Position numbers and translations under genes: made by a program. The notes under the pieces were generated by a model. It did not search any database. It was not told where the DNA came from and saw only the letters and a program-made list of their open reading frames with translations. A stretch of DNA of 59,714 nt, filler included, from Catajapyx aquilonaris (lineage: Eukaryota), in assembly GCA_000934665.2 (NCBI GenBank). It is 2 parts of 2 records of this genome, joined end to end, with 100 filler letters (N's around TTAATTAATTAA, not from the genome) between each part and the next. Parts side by side here need not be neighbours in the genome. Positions count along the whole stretch, not along the records: positions 1 to 29,722 come from KZ539211.1; 1 more part is not named here. The stretch is one strand, 5' to 3'. Shown piece after piece: positions 1-12,460 of the stretch (its first letter is position 1; the number at the start of each line of letters is the position of its first letter).

Positions 1-3000
1 CGGCGGCCATGTTGGGCCCTCCAATGTAGCCCTCCCCTTTCGTACCTATAAAGTTCAGCCTAGTCCGGTAGGGTCGCCACATAATTGCTCTGGGAAATGT
101 CTCATGGCGCTCTCAGGTGAGCACCCTCTGCAAAACCCCTCGGCAGGCGATAAACCCAGAATGTAGTATAAGTGTCCGGGGGCTGGTCCCATCTCTAGGA
201 TATCTCAACCTCGATATTAGGAAAATATCGTATCAACAGTTGATGTATCGAAATACCGCACATCCCTAATATTTCACCGCCAATCGTTCTTAAATCCCAT
301 TCAAAAAAAACTGAGCAGGGGGCGGGGTTAATTAATGTTCCCAAGGTCACAAGCCACCTCCCCAAACGCATGAGTTGTCTTGCCCCTGTAGTATTATTCT
401 CCCTGCACCTTTTCCAGAGAGAGCGTGACTGCACCAACATGGCCGTCCGGATTTCCCCTAGTTCCTGTTGGCGCGCCTGCTTTGTAAGGTCTGTGGCCTG
501 GATTGGCTCCAGAGGAGGGGGAGACGAAGCGGGCGTAGAAGGGAGGGAGGGAGGGAGGGACCCCGGTGCAGTTGGTTGGTTGGGGCTGCGGGCCTTTCAT
601 TGTGAGCCCAGGCTGAGTCCAGGCCAGAGGGAGACTCTCTCTCTTCAACTTGCGGTATTTTGACTTCTCTTTCGCACAATCCCCTACTAAAAATATCTGT
701 CTCGGGCACCGTCTCGTTGAATCCGAGAGGAGGAGCCGGCGCCTATGAACATGACGCAGTGCGTCGGATCATACGGATGATTAGTGAGTGCGTGGAGTGG
801 TGTGACCCGTGCGCGCGTGTGTGGATATACATAACATCAGAGATCAAAACTTCTTTTCTTTTATTTACTCTTTTTTTTCTCTTATTTTTATTCGCTTGTT
901 TTATCCCCCCCTTTCAAAATTTGGATATGCTGCAGACGGATGGACATTGTCAGGTCAGTACACTCCCCCACTGGTTTTCCGAAACAATTTTTGGGGCAAA
1001 AGGGGGATCGAGTAGAGAGAGAGGCCAGATGTGGCATCAGCCTCCTGCTGCCCCCGGGCTCGGGAGAAGGAGAAAAAAAGAGTGGTTTTTAGTGAGCAGG
1101 GTTGCCAAGGGTGGTCAGCGGTGCAAGGCAGCCAGGTGCACGATTGGATGGGAGGGGGGGGAAGAGAGGCCCAGCCAAACTTTCACTTTGGTTCCTTTTT
1201 TCCCCCCTCTCGATTTGCTTCCAGGCACATTTCAAACTACATTTAACACGACAACTAGAGTTGCAACCACTTTCTCTGTAAAATGATGGGCTGTTGTTGG
1301 TGAAAAACACCGGGCGGATCGTTCACCTTCCAGCAAACCCATTTTAAAGGGATACAACTTGTCACCAACAGTCACCAACTTATGACGAATTGTTTGTCAC
1401 ACGTGAGGGATTCGCACGAGTTTATATTCACTCTATACTGCAGGCGATGCGTCGGGTTCTGACGAAGCAACTTATTTAAAAAAAATCCAATTAAATTTCG
1501 CTTACATAATTTCAAAGTACAATTTCATTTGGAGCGTAATTTTTAATTTCATTCCGAGTTTATTTTTGAAAATATTTTCATTTAACGTAGTTACTGCATA
1601 TATCTAGACATTTTATTTATTTGGAATAGTTTTCAATTTCCCGTTTAGTAATTTTTATTTGCTGTAACGTTATTATTGTCAAAATTTAATTTAACTTTGA
1701 AATGCGAATGAAACATTTCATTGCTGTCTGTAATATTAAAATCCTTCGTTGCTCGACCGAGGCCTGTTATTGGTCCGCCGCATATTGTTGCTGCAAATCT
1801 TCCGATTGGCCCCCTCGCACAACAATATGTGCGAACAGTGTCCTTTCGTCCACACTGTTTACTCATATATTGTTGTGTGAGGGCATCTCCTTGGAAACTC
1901 GAAAAGTGGAAGGTTCCCATTGGTGCATTCTAGGTTGTCCTTTGGCTGTCGCACCGCAGGCCGCAGGCCTAGAAAAAAACCAAATGTTATTGTATAAGTT
2001 CAGGCGTGAATATTGTTGACTTCTGAACGTTGCTAATAGGTTAAACCATTTGTCGCTTGAACTGTGCGTCACCTAGAATAGCTGTGCACTGCGCAGGTTC
2101 CGATCTGCAGGGACGAACGGAATCGCTGATTGTTCATCCCAGCAACCGGTTTAAAGCTGATCAACCATGTTCGTTTCGCAGTGATTGTTTTTCCTCAGGT
2201 TGCTCAGCCAGCCCAATTAAATTGTCAAACCCTCTTCTTGGGGATTGGCATTGGCATCCTTAATTAAAAGCGGTTATGATTGTGAACATAAAATCGTCTG
2301 GACATCATTAGTTGTGATAATAGCCTAACAACAATAATATATTGAACTGTAGCCTTTTTCCTGCGAGGCTGCGAGGCAATCGGCATATCATTGACTCACC
2401 TGCATAGCCTTGGGATAGGTCAAGTTGTTGTTTTTTTCCCCCCCCAACCCTGAACCAGCCGTAAATTTCATATAGTGTGGTTGTGTGTGGCGGGCTTCTG
2501 TCCCATCCTATGACCGTTTTGGTGCAACTTGCGCACTTTTTCGGACAATGCACTGTGGTCACCCCCTCAGTTTTTGCCCCTCTTTTTTTTGGAGGGTGGG
2601 AAACAAAAACAAGAAAAAGGGGTGAGGGGGGTGGAATTCCAATGGGGGGCAAACCTCCTCCGCCTCTCTCCTCCCCTAGTATAGAGTTTGGTTGGTTGGT
2701 TGCAGGCTGGGTGAGTGCTGCTGCTGTATAATAGATGGGACTAATGGAACTCCGCCTGTCTATCGATAGACCAACACTACTCTTGCGCTCAACAACCTTC
2801 CCCTCCCACCCCCCTGTCGGAAAAAAACAGGGGTAAGGGAAGGGCTGGAGGGGGGGGAAAAATACAAGCTCTGTCCTGTCGTGTTGGGAACTAATTATTG
2901 TCTTGGAAGTACACGCCTTGGACATGCCCCTTTTATCCCAGGGTGAACTACAGGGTGTCTAATAATTATTCGGCCAGACTTTACCCGAGGACAAACTTCC

Positions 3001-3009
3001 AATTTGAAG

Positions 3010-3187
3010 ATGTTTGTCCGTCCTGATAGTATTGCTATCTCTCGCACGATCTGAGGGTGGCGGGAGTGTCCAGAGGGAGGGTGCGCCATCTATGCCTGAA
3101 AAATAGTACTACGTGGTAAATAGGCGGATTAAATGGTTTTAATTGTCACTGTCATACTGATTATAGATTTAGCCAAATTTTCACTAG
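3010..3187 (+). mobile_element. Dispersed repeat, possibly a non-autonomous Helitron
   Basis: Aligns with 31762-31960 and both end in ..ttcaCTAG. The core ctcgcacga..gcgccatcta..tactacgtgg also occurs at 17156-17303 and 20735-20862, with fragments at 4520-4577, 5790-5820 and 12478-12512. Confidence 0.5.
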
Positions 3188-4769
3188 TGCAGAGCAGTCT
3201 AAGGGAATAAGTTGCGTGTTGTTCGCTCTAGCAACAGGTTTGAAGCGAATCAACCTGGTCGTGACATTTACTGTCCTTTTAAATGGTTGCTGGGGCAAAC
3301 AATCCGCAACTTATTCGGCAATGACTGGTGCAATAATTTTTACATTTGTAATATATTAAAAATCATACGTTGTTTGCATAACTAGCATAAGCATTATGAT
3401 TGGTCCGCCGCGACGCGTCAGATTGGCCCGCGTTCTACGCACGCGCAGTGAGTGGAAGCAGCGCCTCTGGTGGGTGGGAGGGGCAGGACAGAACCAACTG
3501 GAGTGCGACATTATTTTTGCAGATAACAATAATTTGGGAGTGTAAATTTGCACCTTTGCATCCGAACATTTCGACTCCTGCTGCAAATTTGCAAATATAT
3601 ATATATAATTTTTTGCTCACATATTTATTGCTTTCGAGGGATTTCCAACTAGTCGTGTCTGTATTTGTCCGGATTCCCGAAACGTGATTTCAGGATCGAA
3701 TTGAGGGTGGAAAAAAAGGACCATAAAATTTCTCCTTATTCCTCCTGGTGTCTGGCAACAATGGCCAATTTGGGATTCAGTGTGGCTCGAACGATACAAT
3801 GGCGTCAACTTGCTTGTCCTTGTACAGTGTACCGTTTTCTTGTCTCTCTATATTTTTTTTTCTCCGGTGGAATTGCCGTAAATATCCGGGCAGAATAGGG
3901 TTACGAGTAGGGAGGGAAAGGAAATGACTGTGGCGATAATATGGTTACGACTGCATTTTGGAGGCGAAACGAGAAGAAGCAACGGCAAGACCGGAAAAAA
4001 AGGGGGTGGAAAAATCTTGGTTTCAGATCAGATTGGTACCTTTGACTACTACTCTTCTTCTCTTTTGGAGGTCGAATTCCGGGAGGAAAAAGTCGCACAA
4101 ATGGTGTGAAATTGGCGCGTCCCGGACACCCCACCAAAAAAAAAAAAAGGTGGGTGGGTGGAAAAATTGAACCGAAGAATGCCGTTAAAGTGGACTTAGT
4201 GAAGAGTATGCGATGGGAAATTGGTTTCAGCTGGCAACCCTGGGGGTGGAGGAAAAAAAGGGAGCAATTTCCGTTTGGTTGTGCTGCGAACGGATCTCTT
4301 GGGAGTCCATGGGGGAGGGAAGGTTAGAAAAGAAAGGGGGGGATGAGTTGGCTTAATCCGTATCCATGGTGACATTTGACACACATTGTGTCCACTGTGG
4401 ACCGCCATCTTGGATCACCACTTTTGGAGGACTTGACATAGGCCTACATCCCGGAATGTGGGAGTTTTTGAATAGTCAAACGGTCACGGCGAGGAATTTT
4501 GTGCAGCTGTTCAAATATTTAGAATTGGGGCGAATCTGTGTCTCTGTTTGTCCTGGGTATCATCTCCGGTCAGGCTACGTATGATTTTTAAAGACTATTC
4601 TCCTCAAAAGCTACCATAGAACGGCTCCGTCCGTCTGTCCGTCCGTCCGTGGACAGGTATCAGGGCCGAAATCGAAAGGTATCTAGGGACAAACGGTTTT
4701 CGGATTCGGATTCAGCGGACCCAAAATAGGTTTCATTGCCAACTTCCGGTGACCAGCCGGGTTCGTATC

Positions 4770-4934
4770 CAGGGTGTCTCATCCTTTTTGTCCGAACAGT
4801 TACCTGAAAATTGCACGTAGCTGCTACTTTGTAAGCAGTGACTTGATTTGTCGGAGGAATGGAGAAAAAGAGGGTCACACATCCCATGGCATGTGTGACC
4901 CTCATTTTTCCAGGTTTGACCCTCAATTTCCAGC
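4770..4934. mobile_element. Half copy of the same mariner-type MITE
   Basis: One terminal repeat plus the internal hairpin; reverse-complement match to ~16945-17125. Confidence 0.7.
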
Positions 4935-5008
4935 AAAAGCTCTCATAGAACGGCTCCGTCCGTCTGTCCGTCCGTGGACAGGTATCAGGGCTTAAATCGA
5001 AAGATATA

Positions 5009-5216
5009 CAGGGTGTTTCAACTTTTTTGTCCGAACTGTTATCGGAAATATTGCACTAAGCTGCTACTTTGTAAGCAGTGAATGCCACTTCAACCTAAGC
5101 TTCGCAGGGAATATTCCCCATTCCTCCGACAAACCGGTTGCAAGTCACTGCTTACGAAGTAGCAGCTACGTGCAATTTTCCGATAACTGTTCGGACAAAA
5201 AAGTTGAAACACCCTG
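5009..5216. mobile_element. Tc1/mariner-type MITE, 208 bp, TA-flanked
   Basis: ~70 bp terminal inverted repeats starting CAGGGTGTTTCAACTTTTTTGTCCGAAC, with TA on both sides. It splits a HINE block that is uninterrupted in the copy at 4670-4700. Confidence 0.85.
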
Positions 5217-5445
5217 TAAGGGACAAACTGTTTTCGGATTCGGATTCAGCGGACCCAAAATAGGTTTCATGGGCAACTTCCGGTGACCAGCCACTTACGG
5301 TTTTCCGGGTTCTACATGTCGGCCAGGGACAAGTCTACAGGTGGGGGTCCTTGGCAACGAGAAATAAATTTGTCAGCCTCATTCCCAGCTGTCAAATGAG
5401 AAAAAGTCTACTCGAATCACGCTCGTGTGATTTGGCAATCTTGTT

Positions 5446-6023
5446 TACGAGCAGAAACGAGTGCGCACCACAGTTTGCGCAGTTGACAGTGTCAATAATA
5501 GCTGTTGAGTTCCGTATAGTGACCGTACTGGTAAATAAGTCTGCACTTATTTCCAACGCCACCGTACTCTTGAGGGGGAGGAACAAAATGGCCTACATTT
5601 GCGACGTTGCCAAAACCTGAAACGAATCTGAAAGGCTACCAGTGTAACTAGGGCAGTGTTGTTGGCACAACTGTGTAGCTGCGCGAGTGTGGGTGCGCAT
5701 TCGGTTACGCTAGATTTTTTTTTGCATATAGTTCCACTTAACCCCGCCTGACACTGACAGTGTCAGTAGTGTGCAGGGAGGGAGTATGGGCCATCTATGT
5801 GAGATATGTATGGTACTAGATGACCTTTTTTTTACGAACGCAGCCGAGTGCGCACCCACACTCGCGCAAGTCCATTGTTCCGACAACAACGTTTCCCTCA
5901 GGTTCGTTCCAGAACAAACATCGCAAAAGTCGGCCATATTGTTACCCCTTCAATCTTAGTGTTGGAAACAATGTGCGCGAACTGTGTTGCGCACTCGGTT
6001 GCGCTCATAACTAAATTCATCTA
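5446..6023. mobile_element. MITE-like element (termini ..atgaattt..gagcgcaaccgagtgcgca), left end interrupted
   Basis: Inverted ends cgagtgcgcaccacagtttgcgca / tgcgcgaactgtgttgcgcactcg; an inverted second copy lies at 7413-7835. Confidence 0.65.
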
Positions 6024-7412
6024 TACGTGGACATTCCGGAGGCCAGGTCAGTTTTGTTGGCTTTTGTTCGACCGATTCTCTCCGCAGCCATCTTGGACAT
6101 CCATTTCACTTGCACCAGAAGTGTATAAAAATTTTGCTTGCAGTTTTGGGTAGTTAAAAGCACTTTGCTAACCAAAACGCCATTATCTATCGCAGACCTG
6201 GGGCACAGAAGTAGGGGGGAGAGGGGAAGGGGAAGGGGGGCGAATCCCATAAGATTTAGAACTTTTGGGCAAATGTGGGCATCTGGGCCTTAATTAGCCC
6301 CGGGGCCGCCCCTGGCTCCCGAAACTTTCCCGCTTAATGCTCAAGTTTCAAGACAGATGGGCTTTCTCACTTCCCCACCCCCACCCCCTCCCCACCACAC
6401 CCTCCAGGCGCAACAATGGTCCCCCGCAACAGTTACACCCAGTTAACATTTGTCCTCATTAGTCGCTTGCAATCAATTGTTGGTCTTGTTTTTTTTATTA
6501 TTTGCGTCCATGGAATTAAATCATTAGTGGTCTATGATTCGTTGACGACACTTGATTCTATTAATTACATGTGTGGGGTGGCCAAATAAAATTTCATTTG
6601 TAGTAATTGCAGCATGAAAATGCTAACTAGCCTCGACCAGTTTTTGGTTTGCTGCACTAGTTGATGAGAGAGAGAGAGAGAGAGAGAGAGAAATGGAAAA
6701 ATTATCATCAGCATTTACTGATATACAAATGTTGGACCAATTGCGACATGAAAATGGTGGAAAATACTTTTTCCCCCTCCATTCCCGGTACTAACAAGGT
6801 AGCGGGGAAGTCCCATCTCCTTTTTCCTCCAGGTGACGTCACGCTGCTAACAGAAAAATTAAGTCTTGACGCACGAGCCCCCGGTTTGATAAGCGGTGTG
6901 TAATCCAGATTAGCGTAAGGGTGCGTTTCCTCAACACGCGATGCGAAAATTGTGCGCTGATGATTTTTTTGTTTTGTTTTGTTTGAAAATTATTGGCGAC
7001 GCACGACAGGAAGGGAGTCAAGTGCAAGGACTTGGCAGGTGGGTGGCCTTTGACCCCGATTTTTTTCCCCCTTTCTTCTGACCCAAGCTCGTTATCCAAC
7101 AGACCGGAAACTTGAAACGCACTCTGGACTCGCACGTAGCACACATCAACCGAGGAAACACTGCTGTGTAAGGGGTGTTCATATTGCCATCCTGATTGCG
7201 TGCGGAGTAATTGTGTTGCTATAAACTTGGGTGATTACAGAAATGCTCAGTAGCCTACATGGATCCAACGACAAATTGCGAATTACATATGAATTTTTAA
7301 ACGCGCGCAACCGAGTGCGCACCAACATTTGCGCAGCTCTCTCGCTCTGGCAACGTTGTCATAGTTACTCCATAGAGGCATAAGAAGTATTCACACTACA
7401 GATGAATTCAAG

Positions 7413-7835
7413 AGATGAATTATTTATGAGCGCAACCGAGTGCGCAACACAGTTCGCACAGATTGTTTTTAACACTCAGCTTGAGGGGGTAACAATATGG
7501 CCGACATTCGCGATGTTGCCAAATCTCTGGAACGAACCTAACGAGGCTACCCGAAGAGTAACTGTGGCAACGTTGTCGGAAGAATGGACTTGCGCACTCG
7601 GTTGCGTTCGTAAAAAAAAACATTATAGTAGCCTGCGAGGTTCGTTCCGGAGCTTTGGCAACGTCGCAAACGTCGGCCATTTTGTCCCCCCCCCCCAAAG
7701 CGTAGCGTTGGAAATAAGTGCAGCGCAGTACACCCACTATACAGAGAGCTTACCAACTATCATTGATAATGTCAACCGTGCATGCTGCGCGAACTGTGGT
7801 GCGCACTAGGTTGAGTTCGTACAAAATTCATTTAT
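7413..7835. mobile_element. Inverted copy of the 5446-6023 MITE-like element; extra partial terminus at 7285-7340
   Basis: Reverse-complement similarity along its length, with termini agatgaattatttatgagcgcaacc / ggttgagttcgtacaaaattcattt. Confidence 0.65.
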
Positions 7836-8511
7836 AGTAGAAAAATGTGGCTGCCATTTTTGACGAGGACCAGACGCAATGACGCTTCATAGCAATTGTT
7901 GTTTTGTTTTTCATGTTTGTCTTTTTAAAGGAAGTGTATGGCGGCCATGACAGTTAAAGGCAATAATGATTACAGATACTGTGCCTGATTGGGTGTGAGG
8001 TTCGTGTAATTGGCTGGCTCCACCCATTTTTGCCACGTGTCATGTTGGCGACGATGAATCTCGTTTTATCAGCCAAGCACCCAAGCGTGACCGACTTCCG
8101 CCTTTTTTCCTCACCAGAAGGCGATACAATCAGCTTGACTGGCCTAATAATTCCCATCGATTTCTGGGCAGTGGTCACACGTCAGGGTCAGGAGGTCGAG
8201 GGGTCGGCAACCACCTGTCACACCCGCAGCGTGACAGGTGGTTGCAGACCCCCCTCTTTGGGGGGAGAGGGGAGTGTCAGCTCGTGTCTAAAGTTGGGGC
8301 CTCGAGACACCAGCGGGGGAGGGAGGGAGGGGGATGCGTTTTTCCATCGTTACCAGGTGCCCGGAGTTTTAATCTGGCTCCACGCCAAGGTTTCGCAGTG
8401 CACGATGGGACTGTCGCCATTTACGTCCCCATCAAGACGTGAGTTTGCTCCAGCTGGTTGCCCTGGATTTCTTGCCCCCGTCAGACCCTAGGCCTAACTC
8501 TCAAATCGTAA

Positions 8512-8609
8512 AGGCCTGTTGACGCCCCTCATGATTTGAGCCTCGGTCGCACGACCAGACCGGTCTGGTCGTGCGACCGAGGCTCAAATCGTGATGGTGT
8601 AACATGCCT
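8512..8609. repeat. Palindrome with a perfect 58-bp core (8533-8590)
   Basis: gatttgagcctcggtcgcacgaccagacc|ggtctggtcgtgcgaccgaggctcaaatc, extended imperfectly by aggcctgttgac../..gtaacatgcct. Confidence 0.9.
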
Positions 8610-9242
8610 GTCAGGTGTGATATCTAATATGGCGTCTATGTCCAAGATGGTTTGGGTTCAGTCAAAACACGATAACTGTAGCGCTGGTGATTGATGTGTT
8701 TCTGTGGGTGTCGATTTGGTGAAAATTGAGCCGCGTGTAATCCCTCGCTTCACCTGTGTCGGAGACCTTTAATCTGAGTCATGGCACCTTCCTCCCCATG
8801 CCCCGCCACCCCCTACCCAGCAGCTGACAGGCCAATCCCACGGACCAGATATTTCCGATAGTCGTTTCCGGCAGTTTTGGTGGAAGTCGGGAGGGGGGCG
8901 GGGGGCAAGCTCATTAGCGCCCTCCCTATGCCCTGCCCCTGCTGTCCTGCCCGTTTTCACCTGGCAACCCTTCCCGGGAATTATTAGCCGGGCGTCACAT
9001 GCGCCTGACGTGGACCCCAACTTCTCAGGCCATTTGCTGACAATTGGACTGCGTGTAATGGAGAGCCGGATAGTCAAGTGGCTCTTGGCTCCACCCGAGC
9101 TCCAATCGCCTCAAACCCAAGTCGGTTACAACGAATTACCGTAACTGCAGTTCAGCCAGAAGACGACCCTCTTGCGCAGGTGAAATGGACATCAATTGCA
9201 CCTGGCACCCCTTGGAAGTAGTGTGGTATTGGCTACAAAGAG

Positions 9243-9539
9243 AGAGGCTCTAGGGAGAGAGTCGCCAACCTCTGATGTCACGCTCGCCTCTGATTGGCTG
9301 GAGTAATTATGGACAGTTTGCGGGTGGCCATCTTGCGTTGCCATTGAAAAAGTGGCCGTCTTTGACGTCACGGTCAACTCCAATTGGCTGGAGCCAGAAG
9401 GCCTGTACTACTTCACCAACCGTGACGTCAAAGCCGGCCACTTTTTCAATGGCAACGCAAGATGGCGACCCGTAAACTGTCCATAATTACTCCAGCCCAT
9501 CAGACGTCAGAGGTTGGCGACTCTCTCCTTAGAGTCTCT
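9243..9539. mobile_element. Fold-back MITE-like element, ~120-130 bp arms
   Basis: Arms 9243-9375 and 9418-9539 are near reverse complements (gagagagtcgccaacctctga..ccatcttgcgttgccattgaaaaagtggccg..tgacgtcacgg). Confidence 0.8.
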
Positions 9540-10089
9540 AATATTGGCGCCCCATGTCGTCCAATCACAAGCAGTTATTGGGGCCATGTGACCAACAGTG
9601 GTGCCAGATGGGCCTTCAGCGCCACAGTTATCGTGACTTGCGTACAATTTGTGTTGATAAACTACCAATAAGACCTTCTTTATTAGTATTGCCTGCAGCG
9701 TTAACTCGTTTAGTGTAACTTTTTTTTTTGCGAGTCACCCTGTACATGTCATGCCCCCGAAGTAACTTTTAGTAAGGCGGGGGTAATGGATTGCTGTTTG
9801 TTATTAAAGTGGGAGAAAAAAACACAGCGTGGCCAACTGGGTTTTTCGTAATTTATGGGGGCTCGTTTATGGGCGCGATTTTTAGCCGGTCGTTTCAGGT
9901 TCGCAGTCTCGAAAATTAGGGTTAGGCGATTACTGGAATAACTGCGGTACCGCCGTAACGAACCCAACGGCGGCCATGACAGCGCAGGGAGGAAGGCAAT
10001 CATCGCTTCACGCTCTGTTTTAAATTGCGATTACGCAGGGCGAGGCACGATCGGAGCCCAAAACTTTTGGCCCCATTTACAGCGCCATC

Positions 10090-11105
10090 TTGGGTGGAGA
10101 GCTGCCGTCCCAAGGATAAACGCCCTATCTACAAAACCAGTATTGCGTGGAGGCCCTGGTTTTGTAGATGGGGCGTTTCTTCTAGGGATGGCAAAGAGGC
10201 CATGTCGGGACCATTTTACCCCAAGGTGGTTAGTCTCAATGAATCCCACCCGAGACGAAGCCGGGGATGACCCAACTCTGTACCAGCTGACAACATTGCC
10301 GCCCCAAAGAGAAATTCCCCATCTCCAAAGCCGGTTTTTTCCCTTACTGATAGGGAGATAAGACGCTTCTCTCTGGGATGGCTGTATTGCCTGCTGGTAC
10401 GGAGTTGGGTCATCCCCGGTTTTGTCTCGTGTGGGATTCATTGAGAGTAGCCACCTGGAGGTAAAATGACCGTTAACGACTTGGCCTCTCTGATGTCCCT
10501 AGAACCGCCCTACCTACAAAAACAGCAAGGACAAGGCATACACGCAGTCGTCGCCCTTACTGGTATAGTAGATATTGCATTTCTCTTAGCGTTATCAGCT
10601 AGTACGGAGTTGGGTCATCCTCGGTTTCGTCTCGGGTGGGATTCATTGAGACTAACCACCGTGGGTAAAATGGCTTCGTCTTTTTGCCTTCCTTGGAAGA
10701 AACGTCCTATCTACAAAGCGTACTGGTTTTGTAGATATTGCATTTCTCTTTGGGACGGTAGCGTTGTCAGCTAGTACGGAGTTGGGTCATCCTCGGCTTC
10801 GTCTCGGGGGGGATTCATTGAGACTAACCACCCGTGGGTAAAATGGCTTCGTCTTTTTGCCTTCCTTGGAAGAAACGTCCTATCTACAAAGCGTACTGGT
10901 TTTGTAGATATTGCATTTCTCTTTGGGACGGTAGCGTTGTCAGCTAGTACGGAGTTGGGTCATCCTCGGCTTCGTCTCGGGTGGGATTCATTGAGACTAA
11001 CCACCCGTGGGTAAAATGGCTTCGTCTTTTTGCCTTCCCAGGAAGAAACGTCCTAACTGACTTTGGAGATAGGGCGTTTCTCCTTGGGACGGCAGTGTTG
11101 GCAGA
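10090..11105. repeat. ~172-bp tandem repeat array with one inverted unit
   Basis: Near-identical units start gctagtacggagttgggtcatcc at 10598, 10770 and 10943, with a diverged unit near 10394 and an inverted unit at ~10190-10335. Confidence 0.85.
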
Positions 11106-12089
11106 TTGCATGGATTGTTGATGTCTTCCGGGGATCAATTGAGAGCTAACTACTGAGTCAGCGAAATGCCAGATCACGCCATCATCGCCTCCCTTCGGTG
11201 TCGTTGCATCCGGAGGTGGGTGGGTGGGGAGAAAATTGTTATGTGGCATACCAGCCCCCCCCCCCCCCNCCCCCCTTAGTCGGCTCATTGCTTAGTCATT
11301 GCAGGGTGCCACAAGCTACGTGTATTGTAACGCGAGCTGGTACAACTCTCGAGGGGGTGTGGGAGGGCAAAAAGAAAACAAAGCGAAAAAAAAGTGGTGC
11401 GCGTCGTGTCGGTTGCCAGATCCATAAAGTTTATGCCTGGGGTATGCGGTGCAACAAAAAGGAAAAGAGAAGAAAGCAAGTGAAGTGAATGCCAAAGCGA
11501 TTCCTTGACAAGAGAGAAGGAGAAGGAGAGAAGTGGATTTCACGCCGCCTTGCTTCTAATCGCGCCATTTTTTCTCTCTTTTTTTTCTGTGCTGTGCGCG
11601 CCTTTTCTTTTGTCGCCTTCTCTCCGAAAACGTAATATTCACGCCCGGACTGAGCTCCGTTTCTTTGCGTCTCTCTGATCCCCCGTATTGCGGCGCTGCT
11701 GGCACACCCGGTGTCAGGAAAATGCTCCCAGGCGCACACAGACAGAAAAGAGAGAAGCCATGACAGGCCTGGTGAGGGAGTTAAACGCATGTTTTTGCCA
11801 GGGAGACTAGTGTGCACCGCTCTTAGGATTATCCGGGATTGGCGTGATTGTAGTTGGCGCCGGATTAAAAATGGCCGACTCTGCCTATACTCTGATGTTC
11901 TTCAGCCGCGGTTATATTCGAAGGGATTCGAGCGGAAAGACAGGCCCTGGAACGACCAGTATGTGAACTCAATATGAAAGGGTCCGGTGCTGTTGTTGGA
12001 CGTGACGATGACGGGCCGTGACATTGCCTTTGCTTGTCCGAGGTTAAGCGCACAGGGGTGTCCACAAGGCGGAGGTAGGAGTGTCAGGT

Positions 12090-12460
12090 CAGGGAGCATA
12101 TACTACATAAGAGGCGCAAACTTCTGCCGGCGCCTTTGATGTTCGCGTCTCTCTGTTTGGGGCCGTTGCCAAGGCTGGCGGCCATTTTGAAGTGTGTGGA
12201 ACGCCAACGAGGTATAAATAGGGTACAGGCAAAAATAGGGTCCGTCATCTTAGGTGATTGTGGCGGCCATGGCAACCACATGGCAAGAAAGGCAAGAACA
12301 CGCGCGAATCAAAGATGGCAGAGCCTATTTTTGCCTGTACCCTACTTATACCTCGTTGGCGTTCCACACACTTCAAAATGGCCGCCAGCCTTGGCAACGC
12401 CCTCAACAGAGAGACGCAAAAATCGAATGTTTGCGCCTCTTATGTAGGATATGCTCCCTG
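12090..12460. mobile_element. Fold-back MITE-like element, ~160 bp arms
   Basis: cagggagcatatactacataagaggcgcaaa... / ...tttgcgcctcttatgtaggatatgctccctg with long internal complementarity. Confidence 0.8.

Larger units (their letters stand above)
4590..5445 (+). mobile_element. Helentron-associated non-autonomous element (HINE/DINE-1-like), partially tandem-duplicated
   Basis: 5' subterminal repeat aagactattctc pairs with 3' gagaaaaagtcta. It has a (GTCC/GTCT)n microsatellite, a 3' stem-loop aatcacgctcgtgtgatt, a terminal tcttgtt and T-rich flanks, which is the DINE-1/HINE layout. The 5' block occurs twice (4605-4760, 4935-5310). Confidence 0.7.
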
